Positions 56,031 to 64,000 of a stretch of 64,000 bases of DNA are shown one piece after another. The position numbers and the translations under genes are program-made. The notes under the pieces are model-generated. The model worked only from the letters and a program-made list of their open reading frames with translations. It was not told the origin of the DNA and did no database searches. Where the stretch lies: contig JAZSOS010000023.1 of the NCBI GenBank assembly GCA_045537045.1, positions 21,175 to 85,174 on the forward strand, given 5' to 3'. The DNA is from Eubacteriales bacterium. Its GTDB lineage: Bacteria; Bacillota; Clostridia; Oscillospirales; JAAYXM01. Position 1 is the first letter of the stretch, and every line of letters begins with the position of its first letter.

Positions 56031-56906
56031 ATGACAGAAAATCTGAAACTTGCAGTTGTAGGCGGTGACGAGCGCCAGGCAAAGCTTTGCAATCTACTTG
56101 CAAACGACGGACATAAAGTGTATTCATTCGCGCTGGACAAAGCAAAGCTCTCGGACAGCGTTCTGCGCGGCGGAGATATTTCCGGTCTTTCAAAAAAGTT
56201 TGACTGCATCATTCTCCCTGTCCCCGTATGTTCTGACGCAAACCGCCTAAACACCCCTCTTTCTGCCTATGAATACCGTATTGATGACCTATTTTCACTC
56301 TTTTCCGCAGGACAGACCGTTATTGCCGGACGGGTTGACAACGAGCTTTTCTCAAAAGCCGGCAGAAACGGAATAAGGCTTTACGATTATCTTGAGCGCG
56401 AGGATTTCACCGTACTCAACTCTATTCCGACTGCAGAGGGTGCAATAGAGGTTGCGATGCGGGAACTTGACACTACGCTCAACCGTAAAAGATGCCTTGT
56501 TTTAGGTTTCGGTCACATTGGAAAGCTTCTTTGCCATTACATCCGCGGACTTGGCGCAACAGTAACTGCAACAGCGCGCAAATTCGGCGATCTTGCGTGG
56601 ATACATGCATACGGATATGAGGCATTAGAAACCTCACGCATAAAAAACTCTCTTTCAAAATACGATATCATTTTCAACACCATACCGGCGCTTATTCTCG
56701 ATGAGGAAGCACTCACCCATGTGCGAGGCGATGCGTTTATATGCGACCTCGCCTCAAAGCCGGGCGGAGTCGATTTCAACGCCGCAAGACAGCTCGGTCT
56801 TCATACCGTACAGGCCCTTTCCCTTCCCGGAAAATGCGCACCGATGTCTGCCGCTGCGGCGATGCGCGACACCATTTACAACATCCTTGACGAATGGGGG
56901 AATTAA
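56031..56906 (+). CDS. dpaA: dipicolinate synthase subunit A
   Basis: 291 aa. LAVVGGDERQ N-terminus and Rossmann VLGFGHIGK. SpoVFA family. Confidence 0.9.
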   Translation: MTENLKLAVVGGDERQAKLCNLLANDGHKVYSFALDKAKLSDSVLRGGDISGLSKKFDCIILPVPVCSDANRLNTPLSAYEYRIDDLFSLFSAGQTVIAGRVDNELFSKAGRNGIRLYDYLEREDFTVLNSIPTAEGAIEVAMRELDTTLNRKRCLVLGFGHIGKLLCHYIRGLGATVTATARKFGDLAWIHAYGYEALETSRIKNSLSKYDIIFNTIPALILDEEALTHVRGDAFICDLASKPGGVDFNAARQLGLHTVQALSLPGKCAPMSAAAAMRDTIYNILDEWGN

Positions 56907-56909
56907 ACC

Positions 56910-57482
56910 TTGTCAAAAATCACCGTAGGCTTTGCACTGTGCGGTTCATTCTGCACCTTCGCAAAGGTTATTCCCGAGATAGAAAAGCTCGTCCGCGAAG
57001 GATACAACGTCGTTCCGATAATGTCGGGCACTGCTTACAGCACCGACACACGCTTTGGAAAAGCACGCGATTTTGCCGAAAAGCTTGAAAGCATCTGTGA
57101 TGCTCCGATAATAAAAACCATCCCTGAAGCCGAACCTATCGGTCCGAAAAAGCTCCTTGACGCGCTGATTATAGCGCCGTGCACCGGAAACACCGCGGCA
57201 AAGCTTGCCTGTGGCATAACCGACACCTCCGTTACCATGGCGGCAAAAGCACATCTGCGAAACGCACGTCCGCTCGTTATCGCAATCTCCACCAACGACG
57301 GGCTCGGCATCAACCTTAAAAACATAGGCACATTGGCTACCGTGAAGAATGTTTTCTTCGTGCCTTACGGTCAGGACGACAGCCGTGGCAAGCCGAACTC
57401 GCTCGTTGCCGATATGACAAAAATCTCCGATACGCTGAAATATGCGCTTGAAGGTAAGCAATACCAACCGGTGCTTATGTAA
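56910..57482 (+). CDS. dpaB: dipicolinate synthase subunit B
   Basis: 190 aa. Flavoprotein fold GFALCGSFCT...APCTGNT. TTG start 8 nt after GGGGGA. Confidence 0.9.
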   Translation: MSKITVGFALCGSFCTFAKVIPEIEKLVREGYNVVPIMSGTAYSTDTRFGKARDFAEKLESICDAPIIKTIPEAEPIGPKKLLDALIIAPCTGNTAAKLACGITDTSVTMAAKAHLRNARPLVIAISTNDGLGINLKNIGTLATVKNVFFVPYGQDDSRGKPNSLVADMTKISDTLKYALEGKQYQPVLM

Positions 57483-57486
57483 AAAC

Positions 57487-57526
57487 AAACATAGGTGCGG
57501 AAAAACCGCACCTATGTTTATTTTTA
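57487..57526. terminator. bidirectional intrinsic terminator between dpaB and the convergent five-gene operon
   Basis: Perfect 14-bp stem AAACATAGGTGCGG/CCGCACCTATGTTT, flanked by an A-run and a T-run. Confidence 0.85.
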
Positions 57527-57565
57527 CATCATTTTCTTTTCCTCTTAGCTGCCAAAACTCATATA

Positions 57566-57973
57566 TTATTCTCTGTATTCACCGGCAACAAGTCTGCCAG
57601 TTTTTTTATCCACATAGATGACGATCGGTCCGAGAAGCCCGTCTTCAAACGTATGAAACTTCACCCTGTACACAGTCCTGCCGGTATCATCTCTGTTTTT
57701 GTCGAAGAGCCTCGCCCGCGTTTGATCTATTTCTTCAACCAGCATTTCTTCTATAATTGGGTTATCGAGGTTTGTGATTGTTTTTATCGTCTTTCTTCCG
57801 AGGTTATTTTTTACAATTTCCGCCGCATCCTGCGCTAACAGTTCCTTTCCCCACGACGAAAAAATTACAGGCTCATAATTTTTCATTCTGTGCATATCAA
57901 CAGCATAGGCACAGCCTATGACAATAGCTACAAGCACAATAACAGACGTTATTATGATGATCTTCTTTTTCAC
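57566..57973 (-). CDS. small membrane-anchored protein, unknown function
   Basis: N-terminal TM helix (KKKIIIITSVIVLVAIVIGCAYAV) plus a domain of about 100 aa. GTG 57973 lies 8 nt after GAGGGAGG. Confidence 0.6.
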   Translation of the reverse strand: MKKKIIIITSVIVLVAIVIGCAYAVDMHRMKNYEPVIFSSWGKELLAQDAAEIVKNNLGRKTIKTITNLDNPIIEEMLVEEIDQTRARLFDKNRDDTGRTVYRVKFHTFEDGLLGPIVIYVDKKTGRLVAGEYRE

Positions 57974-57987
57974 AGCAAATGCCTCCC

Positions 57988-58311
57988 TCACAAAATCTCA
58001 CGGAGTTTATCCAAAAAAGCCTCTTCTCCAAAGGTGTTTATTTTGAAAAACATTGCCTGACTTCCGCCTGAAGTGATAGCTGAAATATGGATTGTATCGC
58101 CGTTGCCAAACAAAGTTATATTAAGGCTCACACGGTTTTTCCCCATATAACTGTATCTTTCAAAAACTCTTACGCTGCATCGGGTATCGCCGATGCGAAA
58201 ATCGCTGCTTTCTTCAAGACTTGCTGATACACTTCCGTTTAAAATTCCATCCTCTATTCTGCTCAATATCTCGTTAAAACTTCCTCTTACCGTTGTTTCT
58301 AACTTTGCCAT
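57988..58311 (-). CDS. hypothetical protein (resembles DUF6054 family from memory)
   Basis: 107 aa from ATG 58311 behind AGGAGGAG (MAKLETTVRGSFNEIL...SAITSGGSQAMFFKINTFGEE). Confidence 0.65.
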   Translation of the reverse strand: MAKLETTVRGSFNEILSRIEDGILNGSVSASLEESSDFRIGDTRCSVRVFERYSYMGKNRVSLNITLFGNGDTIHISAITSGGSQAMFFKINTFGEEAFLDKLREIL

Positions 58312-58337
58312 TTTTTTGCTCCTCCTATATTCAACAT

Positions 58338-58892
58338 TTAAAAACTCGGTATGTCCTTGAGTCTCTGCCGCCGGGCTTTCCAATCCGGCATTACCTTTTC
58401 AAGCTCACTGTAAAACAGCGGCGAGTGGTTCGGTTGCAGGAAATGCGTAAGCTCATGCGCGACAACGTATTCAATACATTCCGGCGGGACGTACGCAAGC
58501 CGCGTATTGAACGTTAACACGCCTTTCTTCGGATGGCAGTTTCCCCATTGTGATTTCATTTTTCTGAACTTAATCTCCGGAAAATCCACTCCCCTTTTTT
58601 CAAAATGCGGGTATATTTTTTGGCACAATGTCGCAATCACTTCCCTTATCTCATCCTCATCAAAATATCTGATTAAAGTTTTTTTCTTTCCGTCTTCTAT
58701 CTTTTTCAGTGCATTCGATATAAAGGTCTCTTTTGATACAAGAAAAGCCTCTATCGTCTTTTGCGGAACATATTTGTTTGCCGAAACGCTAACTCTCCCG
58801 TCCGGCTTAATGCGAAGATTTATATTCTTCACCCTTTTACACTCAAAGTCATATTGGACATTCTTCCCTGCCAGCTCTATAGTCCTTATCAT
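58338..58892 (-). CDS. YgjP-like (DUF45/M48-related) zinc metallohydrolase
   Basis: 184 aa. QWGNC and HELTH (HExxH) motifs. Confidence 0.8.
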   Translation of the reverse strand: MIRTIELAGKNVQYDFECKRVKNINLRIKPDGRVSVSANKYVPQKTIEAFLVSKETFISNALKKIEDGKKKTLIRYFDEDEIREVIATLCQKIYPHFEKRGVDFPEIKFRKMKSQWGNCHPKKGVLTFNTRLAYVPPECIEYVVAHELTHFLQPNHSPLFYSELEKVMPDWKARRQRLKDIPSF

Positions 58893-58903
58893 ACTTCGTT
58901 TCC

Positions 58904-59956
58904 TCAGGCTTCCTGTTCTTCGATTTTTGTCAGCTCAGCAACAATAATTTCGGGCTTATTGTTTATTCTGAAAGGAAAGATACTGTTTCCAATTCCGCGG
59001 CTCACTATCATTTCCGTATTATCTTTTATATATGAGCCTTCATAATATTCCGGAAGAAAACCTTGCCCCGGCGCAATCAAGCCTCCGACAAACGGAATGA
59101 TAAACTGTCCGCCGTGTGCGTGTCCGGAAAGAACAAGATCCGCCTTTCCCGAATAAACAGCGAAATATTCCGGACGATGTGCAAGCAGAACCTTGTAATT
59201 ATAATTTTCAGGAAAAACATTTATAAGCTGATGTGCCACGTTTTGCTCCATATCATCATCCGCAAGCTTCATAGCAAAAGCCGGATCATTTATTCCGACA
59301 AGTGTTATTGTTTCATCACCGATTGTAATATCTACTGATGAATTTTCGAGTATAGTCACACCCACTTCAATAAGTCCTTTTTTCAGTTTTTCGTATTCTT
59401 GCGGTACTCTTGATTCGTGATTTCCGTTTACATAATAGACAGGAGCAATATTCACCGCTTTTTGCGCAAATGAAATTGCCGATGCAACATCCGTTTTCCT
59501 TGAATCTATCATATCACCGGTGATTACAATAATGTCGGGGTTGGAATAAAATACAGGTGCAAGCACAGTGCTGTTATATTTATCAAATTTTGCATTGTGC
59601 AAATCCGACACCTGTACTATACGGAAGCCGTCAAAGCTTTCCGGAATTTTTTTCGATTTTACATTATATGTATATGTATCGACATCATAGTTTCCTAAAA
59701 TCACAAACGCAATAGCAATCACCGCGATTGCAGATATGATAGCATACCATTTTTCTCTTTTCTTCTCTATCGGTTTTACTTTACCGAAATCAATCAGAAG
59801 AAAAAATGTGGTAAGTACTGCAAAAAAAGCCGCTATAAGAAACTTATAAATAATCCCGCCGTAGTTTTCACCGTTGTATATGTCAATAATCACAACCGTT
59901 ATCCACAGCAGCACAAGAAAAAAGTTTCCTTTCGTCCTTCCCGAAAGCTTGTACAT
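58904..59956 (-). CDS. membrane-anchored metallophosphoesterase (YkuE/YaeI-like)
   Basis: 350 aa. Three N-terminal TM helices, then calcineurin-like motifs QVSDLH, GD..D, GNHE, GHAHGG. Confidence 0.85.
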   Translation of the reverse strand: MYKLSGRTKGNFFLVLLWITVVIIDIYNGENYGGIIYKFLIAAFFAVLTTFFLLIDFGKVKPIEKKREKWYAIISAIAVIAIAFVILGNYDVDTYTYNVKSKKIPESFDGFRIVQVSDLHNAKFDKYNSTVLAPVFYSNPDIIVITGDMIDSRKTDVASAISFAQKAVNIAPVYYVNGNHESRVPQEYEKLKKGLIEVGVTILENSSVDITIGDETITLVGINDPAFAMKLADDDMEQNVAHQLINVFPENYNYKVLLAHRPEYFAVYSGKADLVLSGHAHGGQFIIPFVGGLIAPGQGFLPEYYEGSYIKDNTEMIVSRGIGNSIFPFRINNKPEIIVAELTKIEEQEA

Positions 59957-60014
59957 AGCTTCACCTCCGCACGTTTAATAAAACTGTTTTTAATCTTTTT
60001 TCTTTCCTTTCACA

Positions 60015-61037
60015 TTACTCTTTTCCAAATAAGAGAGTTCCGTCTTTGTCATATATCATTTCACCGCGGTTATATATCCCCGCCAGCTCAGGAACGCGTT
60101 TCGGTTCGCGGGCATTTCCGTTCTCATCCGGACGCTGCCATTTAAAAGCACAGACTTTATGTACATAGCCGAGCGAATCTTCCGCAACAATGTATAGTTT
60201 GAGTTCTTCGCTTTCTCCTATTTCGTATATTTCACGGAACGGCGAGGAAAGCGCAACGCTTGCTTCCGTCTGATTTGTGCGTTCTGCAACTATCTCTTTA
60301 AGAACTTCTTTTGAGCCAACTGCTCCGTCATTGTGATTTTTAGCCGCGCCCGCGGTTATGGCTTTTCTCGCAATTTCGCCCTTTTCCGTTTCCGCCAGCA
60401 CATACAGCTTTTCAAAAACAACTTCCGGTGAAAGCTTTGAAAGACAATACGACATTTCCATATATCCGTTCACCATAACTGTGCTTTTATCGCCAGCTTC
60501 CCGCAATGTTACATCCTCATTCCAAATCTCTGCGTTTTCAATAGCCGGAAGATAATTTGACCAAAGATATGACACCGGTACGGTTTCGAGATATTCGTTT
60601 TTTGTTTCATTGCCCGTGCGGATTGTGGCGAGAGGTGCTGTGTCGTATTCTTCAAACATCCCCACCGGAACGATTGCGGTATATTTTCCGTTTTTCTTTT
60701 TCATTTCTGCAGTTTGCTCACCTACGGAAAGTGTGACCTTCATTCCGTCAATTTCTGTTTTCGGGACAACGGAAATACCAAGCATCGCCTTACGGTTTTC
60801 TGCATCAAGTGCGCCGAGAACATGCTCCACACCAGAAAATAAACTTGCTTCTTTTTTCATTTGTTCATCCACGTCATTGTGGATATTTGATATGCGCTGT
60901 TGTAAGCTATGTAAGTCGTTTTGCCGATCATGGCGCAGCATCTGTATATCAGTTTCAAGCGAGCTTATCCTAACGAAGCTTGCCACCGCTACGGCGGTAA
61001 GAACGATTATTGCAGCATTTGTTATTTTCTCTTTCAT
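60015..61037 (-). CDS. hypothetical membrane-anchored protein with coiled-coil stalk
   Basis: 340 aa. TM helix AAIIVLTAVAVASFV, then a heptad-like segment, then a large extracytoplasmic domain. GGAGGG SD. Confidence 0.65.
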   Translation of the reverse strand: MKEKITNAAIIVLTAVAVASFVRISSLETDIQMLRHDRQNDLHSLQQRISNIHNDVDEQMKKEASLFSGVEHVLGALDAENRKAMLGISVVPKTEIDGMKVTLSVGEQTAEMKKKNGKYTAIVPVGMFEEYDTAPLATIRTGNETKNEYLETVPVSYLWSNYLPAIENAEIWNEDVTLREAGDKSTVMVNGYMEMSYCLSKLSPEVVFEKLYVLAETEKGEIARKAITAGAAKNHNDGAVGSKEVLKEIVAERTNQTEASVALSSPFREIYEIGESEELKLYIVAEDSLGYVHKVCAFKWQRPDENGNAREPKRVPELAGIYNRGEMIYDKDGTLLFGKE

Positions 61038-61283
61038 ATCTGTACCCTCCGTTTTTTAGATAAATTTTCCACACAAAAAGTTTTGCAAAAAAGCAAAAAG
61101 TGTGTAACCCTATACCGAGCTACACACTGAAAAACGCACAAACTTCGGAATAAGGCTGCTACACACTTATACTTACATACTTCATCACAAAGTTGTTTTT
61201 CCGAAGTGTACGCTTTTGCCAATTTAGCGTACACCTTGTGATGAAAAGTTATACTTACCCTATTGTAAGTATAGTATGTAGCA
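61038..61283 (-). promoter_or_regulatory. long structured 5' leader (unclassified) with internal terminator-like hairpin
   Basis: Nested and mutually exclusive helices are described in the findings. Hairpin GUGUGUA-14 nt-UACACAC (61127-61100) is followed by UUUUUGCUUUUUUGC (61099-61085). Confidence 0.5.
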
Positions 61284-61288
61284 TAGTA

Positions 61289-61317
61289 ATTATAACACAT
61301 ATTTAACATAACAGCAA
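61289..61317 (-). promoter_or_regulatory. strong sigma-A type promoter (extended -10)
   Basis: TTGCTG (61317-61312), 17 nt spacer, TATAAT (61294-61289), preceded by TGt. Confidence 0.55.
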
Positions 61318-61325
61318 TGGTTTTG

Positions 61326-61368
61326 GTGAAAAAATAAGATAACAAAGCTTTCTTTGCTTCGTTATCTT
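61326..61368 (-). terminator. intrinsic terminator of the ileS-lspA-rluD-DUF1294 unit
   Basis: 13-bp stem (one mismatch) AAGATAACGAAGC/GCTTTGTTATCTT spanning the DUF1294 stop codon, followed by AUUUUUUC. Confidence 0.6.
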
Positions 61369-61673
61369 ACTTTCTCAAGATTTTCAAGTATTTCAAGGGT
61401 TTTTTCGGGTGCGATGCCAAAGGTTGCGATGAGCGCAACGTTCAGCACGGCAAGCGCGGGAATAAGAATTTTAAATTTGGTATGCTTTGTCTTGTGGCGG
61501 AATTTCTTCATCCCGAAATATGCACCAACTGCACCGAAGCACACGGCGCAGAGAATAAGCGTTTTTTCAGGTATGCGCCACGCGTCTCTTCTTGCCTTCC
61601 ACTTATCAATTCCGTAAAGCAGAAAAACGGCAAAATTCCATATTATGTAAGCAAAAACGAGATAGTTATTCAT
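61362..61673 (-). CDS. DUF1294 membrane protein
   Basis: 103 aa. FLLYGIDKWKA....WRIPE signature. Overlaps the rluD stop by 8 nt. Confidence 0.8.
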   Translation of the reverse strand: MNNYLVFAYIIWNFAVFLLYGIDKWKARRDAWRIPEKTLILCAVCFGAVGAYFGMKKFRHKTKHTKFKILIPALAVLNVALIATFGIAPEKTLEILENLEKVR

Positions 61674-62571
61674 AGCTTTTTCTCAGCTTTCTAAGGATTT
61701 CCTCAAAGTAATCAGGAAGATTTGATTCAAAATACATTTCCTTTCCTGTGCACGGATGCACAAAGGTTACATTTTTTGAGTGAAGACACTGTCCTGCAAG
61801 ACCAAGCTTATCGCGCGCACCGTAAACGGCATCTCCGACAACGGGATGACCGATATGCGACATATGAACGCGTATCTGATGAGTACGCCCCGTCTCCAAA
61901 AGGCAGGATGCATATGTAAAGCCGCGATAGCGTTCAATTACATTATAGTGCGTTGTGGCTTCCTTTGAGTTATTCTCCGTCACCGCCATTTTCTTGCGGT
62001 CGGTTTTGTGCCTGCCTATCGGAGCGGAGATTGTGCCGGTATCTTCACGCAAGTTTCCGATAACTACGGTATGATACTCTCGGCGCACGGAATGAACCTT
62101 TATCTGCTCTGCAAGACCGTTATGCGCAACGTCGTTTTTTGCAACAAGCATAAGCCCGCTTGTGTCCTTATCAAGCCTATGCACGATACCTGGACGAAGG
62201 ACTCCGTTTATTCCCGAAAGCCTCTCCCCGCAATGATACATAAGTGCATTGACAAGCGTTCCGTCCGGATTTCCCGCGGCGGGGTGAACCACCATTCCGC
62301 GGGCTTTGTTGATAACCAGCAAATCGTCATCTTCATATACGATATCCAGCGGGATGTTTTGCGGAACTACGTCAATCTCCCGTGGTTCGGGAATCGTCAC
62401 TTCTATCTCATCGCCTGCTCGCAGCTTGTAATTCTTTTTGAGCGCCAAAACGCCGCCGCTCTCAATGAGAGCCGCTGCGGCGTGTCTTGTTATATCCAAT
62501 TTTTGAGAGAGGAACACGTCAAGACGTGTTCCCTCATCACATATTTCTGCCGTAAGGCGAGCTTTATTCAT
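61666..62571 (-). CDS. rluD: 23S rRNA pseudouridine synthase, RluD family
   Basis: S4 domain plus catalytic HRLDKDTSG. Start ATG 62571 (MNKARLTAE) overlaps the lspA stop. Confidence 0.92.
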   Translation of the reverse strand: MNKARLTAEICDEGTRLDVFLSQKLDITRHAAAALIESGGVLALKKNYKLRAGDEIEVTIPEPREIDVVPQNIPLDIVYEDDDLLVINKARGMVVHPAAGNPDGTLVNALMYHCGERLSGINGVLRPGIVHRLDKDTSGLMLVAKNDVAHNGLAEQIKVHSVRREYHTVVIGNLREDTGTISAPIGRHKTDRKKMAVTENNSKEATTHYNVIERYRGFTYASCLLETGRTHQIRVHMSHIGHPVVGDAVYGARDKLGLAGQCLHSKNVTFVHPCTGKEMYFESNLPDYFEEILRKLRKSYE

Positions 62572-63028
62572 CTTTTTTCTCCGGATTATAAAAGAATATC
62601 GCGTAGATAAAGAACAGAACTGCACCGACGGTTACGCATATATCGGCAACGTTGAAAACCGGAAAATTGATAAGCTCAAAATCAAACATATCAACAACCG
62701 CACCGCGCCAGATACGGTCTATAAGGTTTCCGAGTGCACCGGACAGAATCATCGTAATTCCCCAAGTGCCGAGCTTTGAATTGATTTTCTTTGCCGAAAG
62801 AATATAAATCATAAGGATACACGCAACAATCGGAATAATTGTGAGCAGAAACGTTTTGCCCTGAAGTATGGAAAATGCGGCGCCGGTGTTTTCAACATAG
62901 CGCAGATTGAACACACCTTCAATAACCGATATTTCTCCTATCGGACGAAGCGCATTTACTGCCCACAGCTTTGTAGCTTGGTCAAGTGCTGTAAGAAGCA
63001 CAACGGTTAAAAACTGAACAATCACCAA
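62564..63028 (-). CDS. lspA: lipoprotein signal peptidase II
   Basis: 154 aa, 4 TM helices. Motifs NTGAAFS and FNVAD. Confidence 0.92.
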   Translation of the reverse strand: MVIVQFLTVVLLTALDQATKLWAVNALRPIGEISVIEGVFNLRYVENTGAAFSILQGKTFLLTIIPIVACILMIYILSAKKINSKLGTWGITMILSGALGNLIDRIWRGAVVDMFDFELINFPVFNVADICVTVGAVLFFIYAIFFYNPEKKDE

Positions 63029-63037
63029 CTTACCGTC

Positions 63038-64000
63038 TTACCCCTTAACAACTGCGGTACAACGCGGGCAAAGCTCAGGATGCTCAGGATCGGTTCCTGC
63101 ATCTTCCGAGAATGTCCAGCAACGCGGGCATTTTGTGCCGGATGCCTTTTCAATCTTAACCGAGATACCGTCAATTTCGCCGCTTAAGGCTTCATCCTTT
63201 ACGACATTTACAGCCGATACGATAAAGAGCTTATCAAGACCGTCAATTGCGTTAATGAAGTCATACGCATCGCCATTTGCGGAAATTGTAACCTTGGCTT
63301 CAAGAGACTTTCCAATTTCCTTTGCAGCACGCGCTTCTTCGAGCGAACGGTTTACACGATCGCGAAGTGCAGCGACGCGCTCCCACTTCTGCTCAAGAGC
63401 TGTATCAAGAACAGTATTGTCAACCTTCGGGATGTCATTGAGCATAACGTTTTCAAGGCGAACACCATCATGATGCGGCATTGCCTTCCAGATTTCATCA
63501 CTTGTAAACGCAAGAATCGGAGAGAGAATGCGAACAAGAGTATCAAGGATGCGGTAGATAACAGTCTGTGCACCACGGCGGGAAGCACCGTCAACACCAT
63601 CACAGTAAAGTCTGTCTTTGATAACATCAAGGTAGAAGTTTGACATATCGACAACGCAGAAGTTGTGTACAGCGTGAACAACCGTGTAGAACTCATACTT
63701 GTCATACGCTTCAATGCAACGAGCAAGGAGCGTATTAAGACGCGAGAGCGCCCATTTATCCATTTCGCAAAGCTCGGATGTGGGAACACAGTTGTTCGGG
63801 TCAAAGCCTGCGAGGTTTCCGAGGATATATCTTGAAGTGTTTCTTATCTTGAGGTAAGTGTCGGAAAGCTGCTTGAATATCGCATCAGAGCAACGCATAT
63901 CCTGACGATAATCAGCAGATGCCGCCCAGAGGCGAAGAATATCTGCGCCGTACTTTTCAATGATTTCTTCCGGAGCAACGCCGTTACCAAGGGACTTGTG
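63038..64000 (-). CDS. ileS: isoleucine--tRNA ligase, C-terminal part (N-terminus beyond the right window edge)
   Basis: The frame stays open to position 64000 (HKSLGNGVAPEEIIEKYGADILRLWAAS...). Anticodon-binding domain and C-terminal zinc finger CPRCW...CPRC. Confidence 0.93.
   Translation of the reverse strand, partial: HKSLGNGVAPEEIIEKYGADILRLWAASADYRQDMRCSDAIFKQLSDTYLKIRNTSRYILGNLAGFDPNNCVPTSELCEMDKWALSRLNTLLARCIEAYDKYEFYTVVHAVHNFCVVDMSNFYLDVIKDRLYCDGVDGASRRGAQTVIYRILDTLVRILSPILAFTSDEIWKAMPHHDGVRLENVMLNDIPKVDNTVLDTALEQKWERVAALRDRVNRSLEEARAAKEIGKSLEAKVTISANGDAYDFINAIDGLDKLFIVSAVNVVKDEALSGEIDGISVKIEKASGTKCPRCWTFSEDAGTDPEHPELCPRCTAVVKG

Noticed and set aside
61034-61345. 103-aa minus-strand ORF covering the long leader region
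   Set aside because: It has no SD and starts upstream of the predicted promoter. Its aromatic and Cys-rich composition is odd. The region is better explained as structured non-coding RNA.
1-64000. CRISPR arrays, tRNA/rRNA genes, IS elements, integrases, phage or toxin-antitoxin modules
   Set aside because: None were seen. All intergenic regions longer than 150 nt were read on both strands and are explained by promoters, terminators, two riboswitch-type leaders and one unclassified leader.

Overview
This window looks like a chromosomal, mostly core-genome segment of a spore-forming Firmicute. The gene content resembles Clostridia such as Oscillospiraceae/Ruminococcaceae gut or rumen anaerobes, but that taxonomy is inferred from gene content only. 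There are about 60 genes, and only nhaC, ruvX and dpaAB are on the plus strand.

Gene order on the minus strand, right to left:
- ileS (partial)-lspA-rluD-DUF1294
- a five-gene operon of unknown function behind a long structured leader
- (plus strand) dpaAB
- TAXI-TRAP transporter
- DUF4830
- (plus strand) ruvX
- ECF sigma/anti-sigma/queH
- FAD-Rieske oxidoreductase
- a PqqD-like plus S26B-like peptidase pair
- (plus strand) nhaC
- ygjV-like
- arginine operon argCJBDF, followed by an unusual CarA(N-domain)-CarB-DapF-like fusion ORF
- DUF212
- M50 protease
- scpAB
- ytfI/ytfJ
- dac
- glycogen operon glgBCDAP plus a GH13 enzyme
- a T-box-controlled acyl-CoA ligase/symporter/iorAB/paaK/ACT operon
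- sigG
- THF riboswitch-folT
- uppP
- an amidase
- a hypothetical gene plus ABC-F
- prfA-tsaC-coaE-M18 aminopeptidase-trxB-fumarase alpha
- hpf (partial)

I saw no rRNA, tRNA, CRISPR array, transposase or integrase.

The items most worth follow-up are:
1. A 1503-aa carbamoyl-phosphate synthase ORF that lacks the glutaminase domain and carries a C-terminal DapF-like domain missing one catalytic Cys.
2. A canonical T-box leader in front of an arylacetate/indolepyruvate-oxidoreductase operon.
3. An unclassified structured leader of about 245 nt with mutually exclusive pairings and an internal terminator.
4. An orphan PqqD (RRE) plus Ser/His signal-peptidase-like pair.

All calls come from reading the sequence and ORF translations by eye. 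No database search was run.
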